From the NCBI GenBank assembly GCA_009602725.1, contig WELB01000003.1, positions 451,042-471,041 of the forward strand: 20,000 nucleotides of DNA. The letters are read 5' to 3'. This stretch comes from Spirogloea muscicola. Lineage: Eukaryota. The position numbers were made by a program, and so were the translations under genes. The notes under the pieces were generated by a model. The model made no database searches. It worked only from the letters and a program-made list of their open reading frames with translations, and was not told the DNA's origin. Of this stretch, positions 17,614 through 20,000 are shown one piece after another. Numbering within the stretch: position 1 is the stretch's first letter; each line of letters opens with the position of its first letter.

Positions 17614-20000
17614 CTATAACACAAGAACCTGCTTCTCAGCATGTCCCCTTTTCCCCAAGGACTTCTGCAGGGCTTCCTCAAAATTGCTGTACGGGGTTAA
17701 CTCCATCCTGCTCTCATAGCCACAAGATCAATAAGTCCGCATACAGTAGTAACATCTCATAACAGTGTGAGGAGTAGCTACTAGCCCGTTGGGCCTGCAG
17801 TGTCTTGATCCTTTTCATTGTACCTGTATGTAAGCCGTCCTTCGTGCACTAGTTGCAAGAGCTTGTTCACTGTCTGCACCCGCTCCGTAGGTGGTCGAGT
17901 ACTAGACCACCTTGATAACCAGAAGCCTCTTAGCGTGAGATCCTGCAGCTCTGGCTGAAGTTTATCAAACTCATGCAGGCCAAATGCAGTTGGTCAGGCA
18001 AAACTAGAATAGTGGAATAATCGAAGATGAACTTTCTAGATCTCTAACTAGGTCAAGGTCGCAACAACCTTGAAGATGAATGCAGATGTTGAGGATGTAA
18101 TGGGCTTCTTGGACATTCCTCCATACGTTACCATGGTACCTCCAGGCCTTCCATGGTCACAAGCCCACTTCCAGACGTTTGTTAAATGTTCAGGACATAA
18201 AATTATCTTATTTGAATGAGGTATAGAACCACAAGTGAAGTAACAGCAACAGATTGTATGTGCACGGTTGAGGTGGATGCAGTCAGAGCCATGGACACCC
18301 CAAAAGTTGGGCCAGAGAGACAGCTTACTCTAGAAGCTTCATAATGGAAGAAGCAGCTTGACCACCCACGCAATTGAGACCAAGCTTAGCTTTCGGTAAA
18401 TTCGGCTGCGCATCTCAAGCCACCCAGATTGAGACAATCTGGGCAAGCATATGAAGTAGGGGGAACGGGTAATGCATGCTTGCAACTGTTTGTTTGATTC
18501 CAAACATTAGCAGACAGCTTCACAACTGTGGTCCTCAGAGAAGGGAGCAGTGCCGGAGGCTCTGACTGGCCAGGCCCCGACCTGGATGGACTTGACATCA
18601 GGACGTGCCGCCACGTCATCTGTCAAAACAGCTGTTGCACCCAGGTCCTTGAGATGCTGCTCCACTTGTTCCCATCCTTGCCTGCCTCACATTGAGAACA
18701 TTGAAGATTGAGGCACAGGACAGGCATTGCAGGGATCCGGGTGTAGCAAGGACAACAGCAAGCTCCAGCAATAATCAGGCCCTAGGCATGTCGCAGTAAT
18801 AGCATGTGACATGTAAGAGCTCGAGCTTAGTAAAAGGAAGCATGGAGCCTAAACCATTGATCCTAAACCCTAAACGCAAATCAAACATAGAACATGTCAG
18901 GTGTACCTCTTGCGGATGATGTTGATCGTCTGAATCTGACGGTCGCGGGCCAGCTGGATGACGCACTGCCCAACCATGCTGTTGGCGCCATTCTGGACAA
19001 CCGCATCCCCTGCACTTTGCAGTAGGGCCTCGTGGCTCCTACTGTGCAAATGCACAACTGTTGAGGCAGCTGCTCCTGCTGCCGGTACTAAGCCGATCTT
19101 TACCTGCAGCGAGCTCCACGAAATTGTTGAGGAGGCACAAGGCTGTGACTGGGTTCACGGCCACCGTGGCGGCGTACTCGGCTGGCACGTCCTTCCGCAC
19201 CACCTGCAAGTTGCGGCCGTCGCACACCAGCTCCGTGCGCCAGGTCCCTGCGCATGCTCCAGCTCACCGTCGGCTCATCTCTGCCTTCACCCTGCTTAAG
19301 AAACTTGCGGTTGACGACTTCCACACCATGAGACTAAGCGCTGAGCTGAGAACCCAATGACGCCGATATAGAGTAGCAGGACTTGGGTGTCTGCTACTGA
19401 GGCTGTACCCAGGCCGGGCGCGGCGGGGATGACCCAGTCGCCGACTCGCAGGCCAGCGGCGCCGCCAGGCCCGATCGCAGTCACGACGCCCACGCCCTCG
19501 TTGCCGCCGACGGCGGGCAGCGCCGGCCGAATGTGGTAAGTGCCTGCACGACGTGGGCAGCGCGCCACTCCCCAGCAAGGTCATCACAGTGGGGGCTGCT
19601 GCCGGCTCCTTAAACCTCAGGGTTTAAGGAGGGGCTGGCAGAGTCAGGGTTAAAGGAGTGGCTGCAGGCTCAGCGCCCAGCACCTTCGATCATGTTGAGG
19701 TCGGAGGGGTTGATGGGCGCGGCCAGCATGCGCACGGCCGCCTGCCCGGCGCCTGCGCCCGGGACGCCGACGTCGATCGTCCTGCACCGCCATCAATCTC
19801 AGCGCCACTCTGCCGCTTTGGCACCCACATGTTCCGCGCCGTCTGTCGCTGCGGCGTGGGGGCAGGGCTCTGCGGCGGCGCCGACAGCAAGCTCACCGGG
19901 CAACCTGCTCGGGCGGGCCGTGGCGCTCGTACACGACCGCGCGGCCGCCGCTGTCAGGCGCGGCCGAGGCCGCCCGCCGCACGCCGCGCGCGGAGGCGGT
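17614..20000 (-). CDS. MECR: Mitochondrial trans-2-enoyl-ACP/CoA reductase (MDR family), multi-exon, start lies outside the window
   Basis: Motifs [83 protein letters not shown] and [13 protein letters not shown]. Stop at 17614-17616. Confidence 0.92.
18848..18874 (+). repeat. Short plant-telomere-like (CCCTAAA / telo-box) tract in a MECR intron
   Basis: cctaaacc...cctaaaccctaaa. Confidence 0.45.
19606..19667. repeat. Intronic 11-bp perfect hairpin overlapping a degenerate ~25-bp tandem repeat
   Basis: ctccttaaacc (19606-19616), loop tcag, ggtttaaggag (19621-19631). tcagggtttaaggaggggctggcag versus tcagggttaaaggagtggctgcag. Confidence 0.6.

Overview
Gene-dense, intron-rich eukaryotic nuclear DNA, probably a GC-rich streptophyte/green alga (inferred from plant-type HISN7 together with a retained RAB21). 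It holds five spliced genes that I reconstructed by hand: RAB21 (+), WDR82/Swd2 (+), FANCI (-), HISN7/IMPL2 (+) and mitochondrial enoyl reductase MECR (-, 5'-partial). Each gene starts in a CpG-island-like block. The notable structure is intergenic. All three promoter-side spacers (1-1222, ~3410-4770, ~13795-14628) are filled with stacked, nested, 5'-truncated 3' ends of an RLE-endonuclease (CRE-like) non-LTR retrotransposon group. At least four 3'-UTR subfamilies share the ORF terminus SDLxLLTRGY-stop. They have pyrimidine tails rather than poly(A), conserved 3' hairpins and perfect 8-9 bp TSDs. I saw no such copies in introns or in the two convergent spacers, which suggests promoter-proximal and self-nesting insertion. 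No searches or folding programs were run, so family names come from motif recognition.
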